Origin: Eledone cirrhosa
Taxonomy: Eukaryota
Direction: 5' to 3'
Length of the DNA: 64,000 nucleotides
Assembly: GCA_964016885.1 (NCBI GenBank)
Contig: OZ024741.1
Location: 305,970,001-306,034,000 of the forward strand
Position numbers and translations under genes: made by a program
Part shown: one piece after another, positions 51,529 through 63,780 of the stretch
How positions within the stretch are numbered: the stretch's first letter is position 1
Layout: each line of letters begins with the position of its first letter
The notes under the pieces: model-generated
Told to the model about the DNA's origin: nothing
Databases searched by the model: none
Seen by the model: the letters and a program-made list of their open reading frames with translations, nothing else

Positions 51529-52150
51529 GTGTGTATATATATGTGTATATAAATATATTTATATATGTGTGTGGGTTTTTTTATGTGTGTATATGTGTAT
51601 GTGGTTGCGCGCGAGTGTGTGAGTGAGTGTGTTTTTTTGTGAATGTGTCTGTTGATTTTTGACATATAGTTGATTAGTTTAAGGGAAGTTCGAAGATAAT
51701 TGTAAGATATGCACTCAGTATTTTGAATCTGTCTACAGAATTCTCTAAACCTTTGTCACTTAGTAGAACCTTAATGAATTTAGCTTTTAAAGAATCTCCC
51801 TTTCCTTTAATTCTATCTACCATGACTGACCCCCCACTGATCTTATAGACATCTGTTAGCTTAAGAGAAACTTAATGACAAGGAATGGTATGCCATCCAG
51901 AACCTGTTTATAGAATTCTGTCTGCCTTTGTTACTCTAAAAATAAAAATAAACTATAGCTTTGTAGAATTAGCTTTTAATGAATTCCCTTTTCTATCAAC
52001 CAATGACCTACACCCATCCCACTCCCCACCCTCTCCTACCACTTGTAGAGACCTATAAATACCATATTTATTTTTTGATACCCAGATTCCTGATGATTTC
52101 TAAAGAATGAAACAGTTCTAGTCCTGTAGAATCTCATCTATATTAAAACT
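50853..52150 (+). repeat. Right arm of ~1.3-kb inverted repeat, with hammerhead motif at 52084-52134
   Basis: Reverse complement of 40800-42132. Confidence 0.95.
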
Positions 52151-52179
52151 ATATATATATATTATATATATATGTGATA

Positions 52180-52360
52180 ATAATTGTTTCTACTTTAGGC
52201 ACAAGGTCAGCAATTACTCCAGTGCATTACTGGTACTTTATTTTATTGACCCCGTAAGGATGAAAGGCAAAGTAAACATCGGCGGGATTTGAACTCAGAA
52301 TCTAAAGGTAATAACTCTGTGCTGCAAAGTATGTTGTCTGACGCTCTACCGATACTGCCA
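52180..52360 (-). mobile_element. SINE family A
   Basis: Same boxes and core as the other copies. A more degenerate copy lies at 53030-53190. Confidence 0.8.
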
Positions 52361-52518
52361 AATAATGAGTAGGAATAATGCTATACTTAAAGGGACCCAC
52401 CTATGCATCGAGTACTCAAGTTGGTGAACCAATAGTAACATAAACTTATAATCCATTTAACTATAAACACACACATACACACACACACACACGTATATAC
52501 ATATACATATATATATAC

Positions 52519-52595
<77 letters not shown>

Positions 52596-52608
52596 CACAT
52601 ATATATAT

Positions 52609-52666
<58 letters not shown>

Positions 52667-52766
52667 GGTATATATAATATATGAATGGACCTGTTATTTT
52701 TATCTAAAGACATTTTTTCCAATTCCATCCAGCCCGTCTCCTCAATCTATTTTATTTCTCATTCTT

Positions 52767-52802
52767 TCTTCTGATGAAGGACTAGCGTCTGAAACGTTAA
52801 GA
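52767..52802 (+). ncRNA. Minimal type I hammerhead motif with palindromic stem III
   Basis: TCTT-CTGATGA-aGGACtagcGTCT-GAAA-CG-TT-AAGA. Confidence 0.65.
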
Positions 52803-53225
52803 CCGTCTTTCTTCTATATCAAGCATTAACCTAATATATACCTTCCATACTGTACCGATTGTTTTGTTATTTCTGTTTGCCTTTTACATACATGTAGAGC
52901 AAAAAAAAATTTCTTTTACATACATATATATATATACAAATGTATACACACCCTGCCATGGATACTTAATTCTCTAGGTTAAGTACCCATGGCAGAGAGA
53001 GAAAAAAGTGAGAAAGAAATATAGAGGAAGAATTGACCCCAGTATTGAACTGGTACTTTATTTATGAAACTTGAATGGATGAAAGGCAAAGTTAACCTTG
53101 TTGGGATTTAAAGTCAGGGAGCAGAAAGCTGGAACGAACACTACAAAGCATTCTATCTGACATTCTAATGACTGCTAATTTTCCGCCTTCAGACAAACAT
53201 ATAAAGCCCTCATAAAATGCCTTAC

Positions 53226-53336
53226 CTTCAGCATCCTCTTGTGATGGTGCTTCATTACCATCATGGGACAGCTTTGGAACTGTCTTCTTGAAAAAGTGAG
53301 TCATTCCAAATGAATTCTTGATCTGTTCTAAACGAA
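53226..53336 (-). CDS. Probable penultimate exon (111 bp, phase 1-1) of the RING gene
   Basis: Acceptor TTTGATTTCTTTCTCCACAG and donor GAAG|GTAAGG. Open frame RLEQIKNSFGMTHFFKKTVPKLSHDGNEAPSQEDAE(G); the final G joins GT ATG of the 40578 exon in frame. Confidence 0.75.
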
Positions 53337-53538
53337 CTGTGGAGAAAGAAATCAAAACTAAAGAAAGTATGAAGTGACCAAGCTGAAACTTCAAGGTCAT
53401 TACCACTTTTCTATTCAGACAATAAAATTTACAGTCTACCCACACATATAGTGTGCTCATTCGGTTAATGTTTAAACGTTTTAAGTAATATGGTTTTTTT
53501 AAACACACATTCTATTATATATATATATATATATATAC

Positions 53539-53592
<54 letters not shown>

Positions 53593-53838
53593 TTTCTTTA
53601 TTAACCACAAGGGTTTACATAAAGTAGACATTAAGGACAGTACAGGACAATGCAGGACGGTACAAATGGGCATTTCTGCGTGTAAAAAACAAAAACAGGA
53701 TGTAACAAAAAATAACAATGAAAAATTCCCCAATAGGGGGGAGACTTCGGAGGGACATTTGTGGAGAAAGCCCAGTAAAAAGCCACAATGACCCTGACCA
53801 CCAAGGCAAGTGCCCTCTCCCAGTTTTCCACCTTTAAT

Positions 53839-56800
53839 TTACAGATATATACTCAGAGTAGGCCCATTCACTCGGGCCATTCTTGCTTCTCTCACCCATC
53901 TTTCAACAAAATGCTGGGAAGAGAGCACTTCCCTCTCTACTCTGATTTTCCTTTTCAAATGAAATTTGAAAAAGTCAATCAGAGCATCACCGAAGAGGTA
54001 AGTGCTCGTCTTCAGCCCTTTCAAACGTGTCCACCATACTATCTCTTTCGCCATGGCCACCAGACAGATAAAAACTGCCTGCCCTTCCCGGCTAAAGGAG
54101 GAGGGCGGGGCAATCCTCACGATGGACTCAGATGATAGCCGGATCCGTCCTAAACGCGACAGCAGGTGTTCGACATAAACCCACAAGTCAGCAATTTTCG
54201 GACACTGGACGAGTGCGTGCAGGACGGTTTCGTCGCCCTGCGCACATCTCGGACATGCCCGGCTGACGGCACCTCCATGCCTGTAGAGTTTATCCCGAAC
54301 TGGCAAGGCTCCTCGGTAGCACTGCCAGGCCAGAGATTTCTGGAAGTTGTCCATAGGCCCTGGCCCGAAAGTTCTTCCGAAGAGATTGGCTAGTTGATTT
54401 TCGTCGACGCCTAGAGTTTCCTCAAGTACGTCGTCGCTCTTCCCCTCCACTAATCCTCTATAGAACGCCGAGGTGGAGTTTCCACCGATCACATTGCCCG
54501 ATTGGCCGAGGGCTGTGAGCGCCTGAAGACATTCCACTCTCCAGGCGCTCCCTCTCGGTCTTCGCTTGACCCAGGACTGCAGCTCCGTCAAGGAAACGAG
54601 CTGGGGAAATACGTGTCTAGCAAACGGCGACCACACCTGATCACCGTCGAGGAAGAGGTGGAGATGTCGTAGCCTGAGCGCGTGCCTGCGCATCATCAGC
54701 CACGGCATGCCCAGCCCTCCACGTAGCGGGTGTTGACAACAGATGGACCGCCTGACCATCGGAGCACGTCCCTTCCACAAAAAGCGAAAGAGCAAACGCT
54801 CCAGCGCAGTCAGGCGAGGCTTAGGACAAGGTACGACGGTCAGGCGGTAGCAGATGACAGACGCGATGTACACGTTAGCCACCTCCGCTCGACCTTTCAG
54901 GGATAGCTTCCTCTCCGCCCATTTCTGGGTGAGAGAAGCCACCCTGCTCGTCACCTCGTCCCAGTTTTTGTCCGTCTGGAGGTCCGGACCGAACCAGACC
55001 CCTAGCAATTTAACCGGTCCGTCCGTCCAGCGTCCGACGACGCTGTTGGACGGCATGGACCTGCCTCTCCAGGTGCCGAGCTGCAGGCCCACTGACTTTT
55101 CCTGGTTGATCATTGCTCCTGTCACCGCTTCGTATTCTCTTAGTGTAGTGCCGATCGCCTCGATGTGTTTGGCGTTCGACACCACTACGGTGACATCGTC
55201 CGCATATGCTGACACGGATCTTCCGCATCCTAGTTCGCGCGGGACTCCCCTCAACGTCTTCAGTTTGTGCAGTAATGGCTCGAGAGTCAATACGTACAAG
55301 AGAGACGAGAGGGGACATCCTTGGCGGACCGAGCGCATGATGTTGAACGGTTCCGACAGGTAACCGTTCACTCTCACCACAGAGCAGATGTCGCTGTGCA
55401 TGGCAGCGATCCAGCCTCTGAAGACGGGCCCAAAGCCAGCCGCCCTCAGGACTGCCGCTAGGTAACGATGGTCGATCCTATCGAAAGCTTTCGACTGATC
55501 TAACTTGATCAAGGACCCACCTGTGCCAGGTTCCTTAGCTACCCTCTCTATGATGTATCGCATGAGGTGGAGGTTGTCGTGGATGGATCTGTCGGGAATG
55601 GCGCATGTCTGCGCCTCTCCCACCAGACCACCAACGACAAGCGCCAACCTCTTTGCTAGCACCTTGGCCAAAATCTTGAACTCTGTGTTTAGCAGAGTTA
55701 TGGGCCGGAAATTGTCTATGTTATCCCCCTTGTTCGGATCCTTTCTCAGCAGTGCCACCGCTCCTCGGCTCACAGAACTGGGAATTCTCCCGTTCTGTTG
55801 CCAGTTGCAGTAGACGTCCGCCAAGAGGCCTCCGAACAAGTCTGGCATCTGTACGTAAAGTTCATAGGGCAGACCATCCAAACCAGGCGATTTACCCCTT
55901 GTGCAGCCAGTCATTGCCTCCCTTACTTCAGTGGCTGTTATCGGCTTTTCGCAACACTTCGCCTCAGTGGCCGAGAGCCGTGGCAGTCCGTCGAGGTAGA
56001 CACTAAAGTCCATCCCTCTACCCGGCCCATCGCTGCCCCCGAACAGCTGAGCAAAGTGTCGCTGAAAAGCTTCACACATTTGCCCGGGATCGAGTAGCAT
56101 GCGCCCGTTGTGGTCCACCAAAGACCGGATCGTGGCTTTGTTGCCACGACGCGCCTCCGCCACTCGGGCCCATTGAACGGCTTTCGTCCCCTCGTGTCTG
56201 AGAGCACGCACCCTTGCTTTGACAACGCAGCCTTCGTGCTTAGCATTGAAGAATTGGTCAAGGGCCAATTTCTCCGCAAGCACGTCGGTCGCAATGCCTT
56301 TGCTAAGCGCCTCGTCTAACTTTCTAACTAGTTCTCCCTCTGCTCTATTTTTCTCTATTGCTAAAGCCTTACTAAACCTAATCGATTCTATTCTAATCGC
56401 TCTTTTCAGAGCAAACCACCACTTGTTGTTGACGATGGCCCCCGTCAACGCCCGCTTAACTAGTTCGCTAATCCGGTCTCTGTAGGCCTTGCGCGCTGAT
56501 AAGGACGCGTTTAGCTTCCAGTAGCCGGGTCCTCGTCTATGAAGCCTATCTAAGTCAAGCACACAGATCACGAATTTGTGGTCCATGTAGCTGACTATCT
56601 TGAATTGTGGACAGCCTATGCTAGACCTATCTATTTCCCTACAAAATACTCTATCTAGATATGATCTGGATGACCCTATGCGATTTGTCCAAGTCCACAT
56701 TGGCACATTCGGGAAATCCAATCGGTACCTGTCAGACAGTTCAAAACGCCTGAGCAGGTTGGTGAGGCTCTTGCACCCTCCACCCCTATCCGCTAATCCC

Positions 56801-57257
56801 ACACAGTCCCAGCGTGCATCTAAGATCCCGTTCCAGTCGCCCACTAACACTAAAGAGCGGGACGTTCCAAGAAAGGTCTCCAGACGCCGGAAGAAATCAG
56901 GCCGCCCTGCTCCTGTCGGGGCATAGACGGCCACTAGCCTGAAAGCTTGCCCTTCTCCGCTGGTCACGTCCAGCACCACCAGCTTAACCTCTGGGTCCAG
57001 GAAGATGGCCCGTATGGCGAGATCCAAACCTCTCCGAAAAAGCACAGCAACTCCTCCACCCGATCCAGGACGGCTGGGAGATGCGTACACATCGTAGCCG
57101 CCGAAGATCGGTGCGAAGGCCCGTGCTTCGGAGATTCTGGTCTCGCTGATGGCCACTACATCTATGTTTAGTGACCCGAGGTCGTTGAGCAGGTGACCTG
57201 CTTCCATGACGACCCCAAGCCACGCGCATTTATGCTGCCTATTCTGAGTGAGGTCAT
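53839..57257 (-). pseudogene. Tx1 ORF2 (APE + RT + CCHC) with a single 1-nt frameshift near 57202
   Basis: The true start MTSLRIGSINARGL (57257) is out of frame with AGHLLNDL. The rest is open for 1122 aa: ISET, VYAP, GDWN, YLDR, DH, KSPGLDG, DQSKAFD, RQGCPLS, YADD, CPRC..ETVLHALVQC. Confidence 0.92.
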
Positions 57258-57292
57258 GTTTAAAATAGAGTGGAAAAGATGGGAAAGACCAC

Positions 57293-59377
57293 TTACCGTA
57301 CTTTTGGTAGAGGAGGGATGGTTTTTACATCCCTTTTCACTTGATCGTCTGGTGAAGGGACCGTTGAATCGTCCCTTCGGCTGGTCGTCGGCTCTTCTAA
57401 GAGAATGTCTGAATATACTCTTCGATTGATGGTTCCTCCTAGGTCCCTGAAATCACCAACTGCGTTGGGGAATTTCGTTTTAATGTTTGTGTATTGTTTC
57501 TGTGCTATTTTTAGCAGTCTTATGTTAGTTGGCGTTTTGATTGGTGCTGGTATTATGTAGTCCTGTTGTGAAATGTCTGTGTGTTCAATTATGTAAGTCA
57601 TTAGTTTCTTGTTGTGTGCATTTATTGCCGTGCATTTGTTTTTCTGGGGGTGGGGTGTGGTTCTGCTATTTTCTTGTCGTTGTTGCTGGGTGTGTGTGTT
57701 TTGTTGTTGTGTTTGCGATGTTGGTGCTTGTGGTGGTGGTGTTGAAGGTGTTGTTGGCGGTGGGGTTGTCGCCGGTGGTGATGGTGGTGCTAGTGTGGGT
57801 GGTGATGGTGTTGGTGGTGTTGCTGCTGTGGGTCTCTTTGCAGTAGACTTTACCCTTTTCTCATTTCTTTCCTCCCTTTTCAAAGGCGACGATGCGCTGC
57901 TTCTGCGTTTGTGCCTTCTTACGACCTTTTGCCATCCCTCTCCCACCTCACACTCCATGTCTGATTCTGTGAGGTCGGGGAGGGGTACCAGCTCCACTCT
58001 TTCACTTGTTGTTGGGGATGTTTGCACTGGAGTCTCTGTTGCAGCTGCATTTGGTATTGCTGTTGTTGTTGTTAATATTTCCACTGCTGCTGCTGTTTTT
58101 GATTTCCGTGGCGTGGGTATGGGTGCCACGGACCTATCGTTCCTGGTTGCTGCTTGTCCTGTTGCTGGTAGCCGTGGAGCTGGCTTCGGAAGGAGGGGGG
58201 TTTTCTCCTTTCTCAGGGTCTTCTTGTTGCAGAAGGCCCTGAGGTGAGTCTTCGATCCACAGCGAAAGCATTTCGGGCGTTTGCCCTCAACACTTATGGG
58301 CAGTTGAGTGCCGTTATCGAAGTCTATCACATCCGGGATAGCTTCGATGCACTCCTGGTTGGTTTGGATTAGCATCTCAATGGAGGTGCCGACCCAATCT
58401 TCTCTTACTTTTTTCTGTACTTGCAGTACAGTTGTTTTGTCCTCGATTCCGACGAGGACAGACGCGGCCAGCCAAGAAGGGGCCATTCCGGGGGGGACGT
58501 GGGTCAGTTTGACCCTCACAATTTTTTGCCCGCAGTAGGAGGGCACCAACACCATTTCCTCACTCCTTAGGGTCACTACGGATTGGGCCTTTGCCTCCTG
58601 GGGTGTGGCAAAAAGTACGTCTACGGTGGCATATTTTTTGCCTCGGGTGATGTGCATTTTCCGCTGCCACACAGACCCCAAGGCTTTTTGTATTTGGGCC
58701 TCTGTGGCTCTTTCCACCCTACGGGATTTTGTACTTACTGTACGGTACGTGACCGTACAGTGCTCTTGGGTTTCGAAAAATTTTTCCGCTGCCTTGCAGA
58801 TTGCTCGGTGTCCATTCTTTGTCACCATCTTCTTTGCTTCCTCTAATTCCTCATTTGTTATGAGGATTGTTTCCAAGTTTTTCGCAATACCTGCAAATGA
58901 GATTGGTTTTTCTTTGCTGCTGTTGTTGTCGTCAGAGCTTTTGTTGTTGCTGCAGGTACTACGACTACTGCCTCCGCCGCTGTTGCTGTGGTTGTTGTTG
59001 GTGTTGCTGCTGCTAATGCTGTTGTTGTTTATGCTGCTGGTGATGCTGTTGCGGCTGCTACTGTTGTTTTCATTGTCACTGTTGCTGTTGTTATTACGGC
59101 TGCTACTGCTATTATTCCTGACGTCAGACGAATGAACTGGGTTTTCGTATTTCCCGCACACCTGTTTCGTCGCTGTCGTCGTCGTCGTGGAGAAACCTTG
59201 CACGCGTTGCACGAGACTTTTCTTTTCTTTCGTCGCTTGCGAAAGAGAAGGGAGGGAGAGAGACACATTTAAGGAAGGGAGGGAGAGAGACAATCTTCTC
59301 TCTGCTGTAGTGACGATTGAGGAAAAAGAAGACGGAATGAGTGGGAGTGACCTATGCAAATTCTTTTTCGTAGCCAT
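57293..59377 (-). CDS. Tx1 ORF1, gag-like, with CCHC zinc knuckle
   Basis: Open frame, likely starting at MATKK (~59377); CFRCGSKTHLRAFC knuckle; low-complexity S/N and P/T/Q tracts. Confidence 0.85.
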   Translation of the reverse strand: MATKKNLHRSLPLIPSSFSSIVTTAERRLSLSLPSLNVSLSLPSLSQATKEKKSLVQRVQGFSTTTTTATKQVCGKYENPVHSSDVRNNSSSSRNNNSNSDNENNSSSRNSITSSINNNSISSSNTNNNHSNSGGGSSRSTCSNNKSSDDNNSSKEKPISFAGIAKNLETILITNEELEEAKKMVTKNGHRAICKAAEKFFETQEHCTVTYRTVSTKSRRVERATEAQIQKALGSVWQRKMHITRGKKYATVDVLFATPQEAKAQSVVTLRSEEMVLVPSYCGQKIVRVKLTHVPPGMAPSWLAASVLVGIEDKTTVLQVQKKVREDWVGTSIEMLIQTNQECIEAIPDVIDFDNGTQLPISVEGKRPKCFRCGSKTHLRAFCNKKTLRKEKTPLLPKPAPRLPATGQAATRNDRSVAPIPTPRKSKTAAAVEILTTTTAIPNAAATETPVQTSPTTSERVELVPLPDLTESDMECEVGEGWQKVVRRHKRRSSASSPLKREERNEKRVKSTAKRPTAATPPTPSPPTLAPPSPPATTPPPTTPSTPPPQAPTSQTQQQNTHTQQQRQENSRTTPHPQKNKCTAINAHNKKLMTYIIEHTDISQQDYIIPAPIKTPTNIRLLKIAQKQYTNIKTKFPNAVGDFRDLGGTINRRVYSDILLEEPTTSRRDDSTVPSPDDQVKRDVKTIPPLPKVR

Positions 59378-59625
59378 GTTGTTTTTTTTGTTTAAAATAA
59401 ATATTGGGTACAAAACTCCAATAAGCAGTTATTTAACCCCGAAGGGCCAAATAACGGGCAGAAAGACCCCTCTCACGAGGAGGAGGGTGTTTTTGTCTAC
59501 AAGTTGGTCTAAGTTTTAAACAATTTACAATTGTTAAAGCGTTCAAAATTTACAGTACCTTACAGAGCCGAGCCTCCGTCAACCATAGCATTCAATAATA
59601 ATAATAATAATAATAAGAAGAAGAA

Positions 59626-62600
59626 GAACTCCAAACAGAACCAAAAGATAATACACAAGACTAACATAATTCTCAAAAACATTATCATCACAAACAAACT
59701 AAACATTACTGATTTAAATCATCTCTATTATGCATCGGCTAAAGTCACCACTCACTTATGTGGAGTGAAGATGAAAAAACAAAGGAATTCCCACAAGAAA
59801 TCTACTTGGCAAGAGAACATCAATTGCCAAATAAACCTTCTCTGATCTGACATAGAAATTTTAACAAACTATAAAGTAGGTGAACATGTTAAACAAACTA
59901 AACTTAGAAAATTGAAAAGAAAGTACAGTATAAAATCAACAAGTGACATAGACATGCTGATAGAAATAATCAAGCAAAAAGTGTCGGCCAAAGCTGCTCG
60001 TATAAGGCGCTTTGAAAAACGATCTAGATTCTATATGGACAATAATATGTTCAAAAACAACCAAAGAAACTTCTACAGAAAAATTGGTAAGTCAACAATA
60101 ACTGCAAAATCAATACCACCCAAGGAGGAAGTGCAAGAATTCTGGGAAAAGATCTGGGCCGAAGAAAAAGTTCATAACATACATGCCCCATGGATAGACA
60201 GACAAATGAAAGATACAGTTCACCTTGAGGAACAAATATGGGAAAATATAACAGTTGAACAGTTGCGTTTGGCTCTAAGAAAAACCAGCAAATGGAAATC
60301 CCCAGGAAAAGACAAAATACAAAATTTTTGGATAAATGCCTTCACAGAGTCTCATGAGCTGTTAGCCTAACTTTACAATGAAATAGTTAAGGAGCCAGAA
60401 AAGATACCATCATGGCTAGTTAACGGCATTACATTCCTGCTTCCAAAGAATGATGAGACAAACAATCCCAAAAATTACAGACCGATAACTTGCTTGACCA
60501 CAATGTATAAAATTTTAACATCAGTCCTAACTGAATATACATATGACCACCTGATAACAAATGACCTATTTCCCATTGAGCAGAAAGGGTGTAAACGAGG
60601 CTCATATGGCTGTAAGGATGAGCTTTTGGTTAACAAAATGATACTGGAAGATTGTCATAATAGACACAAAAATCTATCAATTGCTTGGATAGATTATAAA
60701 AAAGCATTCGATAGTTTGCCACACAGTTGGATTGAAAAATGTTTAGAGATTTTCAAAATATCTCCCGCTGTCAGGAAGTTTTTGTCATTCAGTATGAAGA
60801 CATGGAAAACGACACTCTTTTTGAATAGTGAAACAAAATCACTGGAAGCTGGAGAATTTAATATTAATTGTGGAATTTTTCAGGGTGACTCTTTATCACC
60901 GCTTTTATTCTGCATCGCACTTATACCATTAAGTAAAATGCTCAATGAAACAAAACATGGATATAAAGTCTATGACAAAACCATTAATCACTTGTTCTAC
61001 ATGGATGACCTGAAACTATTTGCAAAAAATGATGAACAATTGCAAGGGCTATTATCCACTGTGGAGCAGTTCAGTGATGACATTAAAATGGAGTTTGGAC
61101 TAGATAAATGCGCCAAAGCAACGTTCACCAGAAGAAAGCTGCTGAAAAGTTCAGACATTAATCTTGATCGGGGGAATGTGATAAGAGAACTTGATCAAGA
61201 GGAAACTTACAAATATCTAGGTGTTTGTGAAGGAGACGGAATCAAGCACTCGACAATGAGGGAAAGGATAAGGAAGGAATGTTACCACAGAGTAAGAGCA
61301 ATCTTAAGAACGGAATTGAATGCAAGGAATAGGATCGATGCCATAAACATGCTTGCCATACCAGTAGTAACCTACAGTTACAATGTCATCAACTGGTCAA
61401 GCACAGATATCTGTAGGCTCGATACAAAAATTCGAAAATTCTTAACCATGCACAGAATGCATCACCCTAAGGCAGATACAGATAGAATATATCTCCCTAG
61501 GAAAGAAGGAGGACGTGGGTTAATCCAGTTAGACATTGCGTTGAAAACTGCAACAATTGGATTATCTACATATCTAAGGGAATCACATGATTGGATGATC
61601 AAACTCGTTTTGAAACACGAAAGCATCAAAAGATCATACTCCATTACAAAAGATGCACAAAGATACAGTAATGGACTACAAATTTCAGAAGTCCCATTTA
61701 CTGCTAAAATGGAAAACACAGAAAAAGCAAAGCAGGTAAAAGTAACTGCAAAGAAAGAACTGCTACAGAAACTGGCTAAGAAATGGCAAGAAAAGTCTCT
61801 GTATGGAAAATACCCAGAACGAGCTAACAATCCTGATGTTGACAAAACTTTAACTCATCAGTGGTTGGCATCCTCTGGACTGAAATTGGAGACTGAAGGT
61901 CTGATTATATCAGCACAAGATCAGTGTCTGCCAACAAAAAATTACCAAGCCAACATAATAAAAAATGGATGCAGCCCATTATGCCGTGTAGGTAAAAAAC
62001 AACCAGAGACCATTGACCATATAATTTCAATGTGCAGTCCTATAGCTCCAACCGAATACCTAAACAGGCATGACAGAGCTGCACAATACATACATTGGAT
62101 AATGTGTAAGCATTTTGACCTGCCCCATCAAAAGAATTGGTGGGAGCATCAACCACCTCCCATACTTGAAAAAGATCACATCTCAATCTTGTGGAACTTT
62201 AGCATCCAAACAGATCGAAAAATAGATGCAAATAGACCTGATATAATACTGAAGGACTTTAAAAAGAGGATATGCCTGCTAATTGATATGTCCGTTCCAA
62301 TAGACAAGAATGTATCTATAAAAACATTTGAAAAATTGAGCAAGTATAAGGACCTGGAGATAGAAATTGGAAAAATGTGGAAATTGAGAACTAAAACAAT
62401 ACCAGTGGTTGTAGGCGCTCCAGGAATGATACCTAAGGGGTCTAATGATTACTTATCACAAATCCCAGGAAACCCACGTATAGGAGAAATACAAAAGATA
62501 GTACTCATGGGAACTGCCCATATACTAAGGAAGATTCTGTCAATATAAGTACATCACAAGTCTAAACACCTAAAGATGCATGTGTGAGTATGTATGTTCT

Positions 62601-62694
62601 TTCTTGAACATAGCGGACCTTGTTGTCTCTTGAGGTCACTGGTTGTGACTTGGTGATAACTCGTATGAACATAAAGCAAGATAAATGCAGCTGT
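59626..62694 (+). mobile_element. 5'-truncated R4/Dong-clade LINE (RT + CCHC + RLE), two in-frame stops
   Basis: WKSPGKD, YRPITCL, EQKGC, IDYKKAFDS, GIFQGDSLSP, YMDD, ETIDHIISMC, ANRPDI..LIDMSVP..K..KY. Stops at 59843 and 60368; (TAA)n flanks. Confidence 0.93.
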
Positions 62695-62713
62695 AATAAT
62701 AATAATAATAATA

Positions 62714-63398
62714 AACACCATATTTACAAGGAGTAGGCTAGCCCACTGTGTAGGATCTGTGGAGAGAGAGAGGAGACTGTGGCTCACATTGTATCCGAGT
62801 GTAAAAACCTAGACCAGACTCACTATAAAGGCTGGAGACATGATGTGATGGGCAGGGTGATCCACTGGCACCTATGCAAAGTAAACAATTTACCACATTC
62901 TGAGAAGTGATATGAGCATAAGCCAGAGTCGGTGATAGAAAACGATCAGGTGAAGGTGCTATGGGATTTTAGTTTACAGACGGACAAGAAACTGGAACAC
63001 AATAGACCTGACCTGGTGGTTTTGGAGAAGGAAAAAAGATTGTGCCTGATTGTGGATGTAGCCTGCCCATTTGACACAAGAGTGCAAGAAAAGGAGAGGG
63101 AGAAAATTAACCGATACCAAGACTTAAAGTGGGAGGTAAAAAGGATTTGGAACTGCCATGAAGTCAGAGTCGTCCCGATTGTCATAGGCGCACTAGGTAC
63201 TATCTCAAAGAGTTTCCAAGGATGGTTAAAGAAAGTTAGTCTAGCCCCGCTTTTTGGAACACTTCAAAAGGCATGCTTGCTGGGAACAGCAAGAACCCTC
63301 CGATACGTCCTGAGTATCTGAGGCTGCAGATAGTGGCTTGATATTCATTTCAACAAACTTTCCAGTTAAATAACATCAATGACTGAGACTCAAAGAAC
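62714..63398 (+). mobile_element. 3' fragment of a second R4/Dong family
   Basis: CRICGEREETVAHIVSEC, RHD, LWDFSLQTD..HNRPDLVV..VDVACP..EKINRY. (TAA)n on both sides. Confidence 0.9.
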
Positions 63399-63439
<41 letters not shown>

Positions 63440-63780
63440 TAACTAAATTATTGTGTACAGTGCTCAGGTGCACTACAATTCATCAAAGGTGCAATGTATA
63501 GTACATAGATTAATGTACAAATGTCAGGAAATATAATGGTGTGAGTGTGTGATCATCATCACTGCCATTATCATTTAAAGTCTGTTTTCCCTGCAAGGTT
63601 TGGACAGGTCTTCACAAAGTGAATCAGTACTCAAGTGGAGCTACAGACCTCTCAGATGGAGTGGGAGCCAGTATCTCAGATATATTTCTGCACTGTACCA
63701 AGTACATTTTATCATGGCATTTGCTCGTGGGAGGTTGTTATGTCTTTGACACAATATACATATAATATATACCCTATCAA

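Larger units (their letters stand above)
40731..52150 (-). mobile_element. 5'-truncated Penelope-like element with inverted 5' pLTR copy, hosting nested insertions
   Basis: (TA)n at both ends; inverted arms 40800-42132 and 50853-52150; the GIY-YIG fragment at 50501-50850 abuts the right arm. Confidence 0.7.
53591..59593 (-). mobile_element. Full-length two-ORF Tx1/L1-clade LINE inserted in (AAT)n
   Basis: 5' UTR, ORF1, ORF2 and a 3' UTR with AATAAA followed by (ATT)n. (AAT)n lies on both flanks. Confidence 0.93.

Noticed and set aside
40800-52150. 1.3-kb inverted repeats as TIRs of a large DNA transposon (Polinton/Foldback)
   Set aside because: There is no transposase, integrase or polymerase inside. 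The arms carry a hammerhead and abut a Penelope endonuclease, which fits an inverted pLTR.
54166-59519. Numerous + strand ORFs over the Tx1 element and antisense ORFs over the RTE and Dong elements
   Set aside because: These are shadow ORFs of the retroelement coding strand, with no recognisable motifs.
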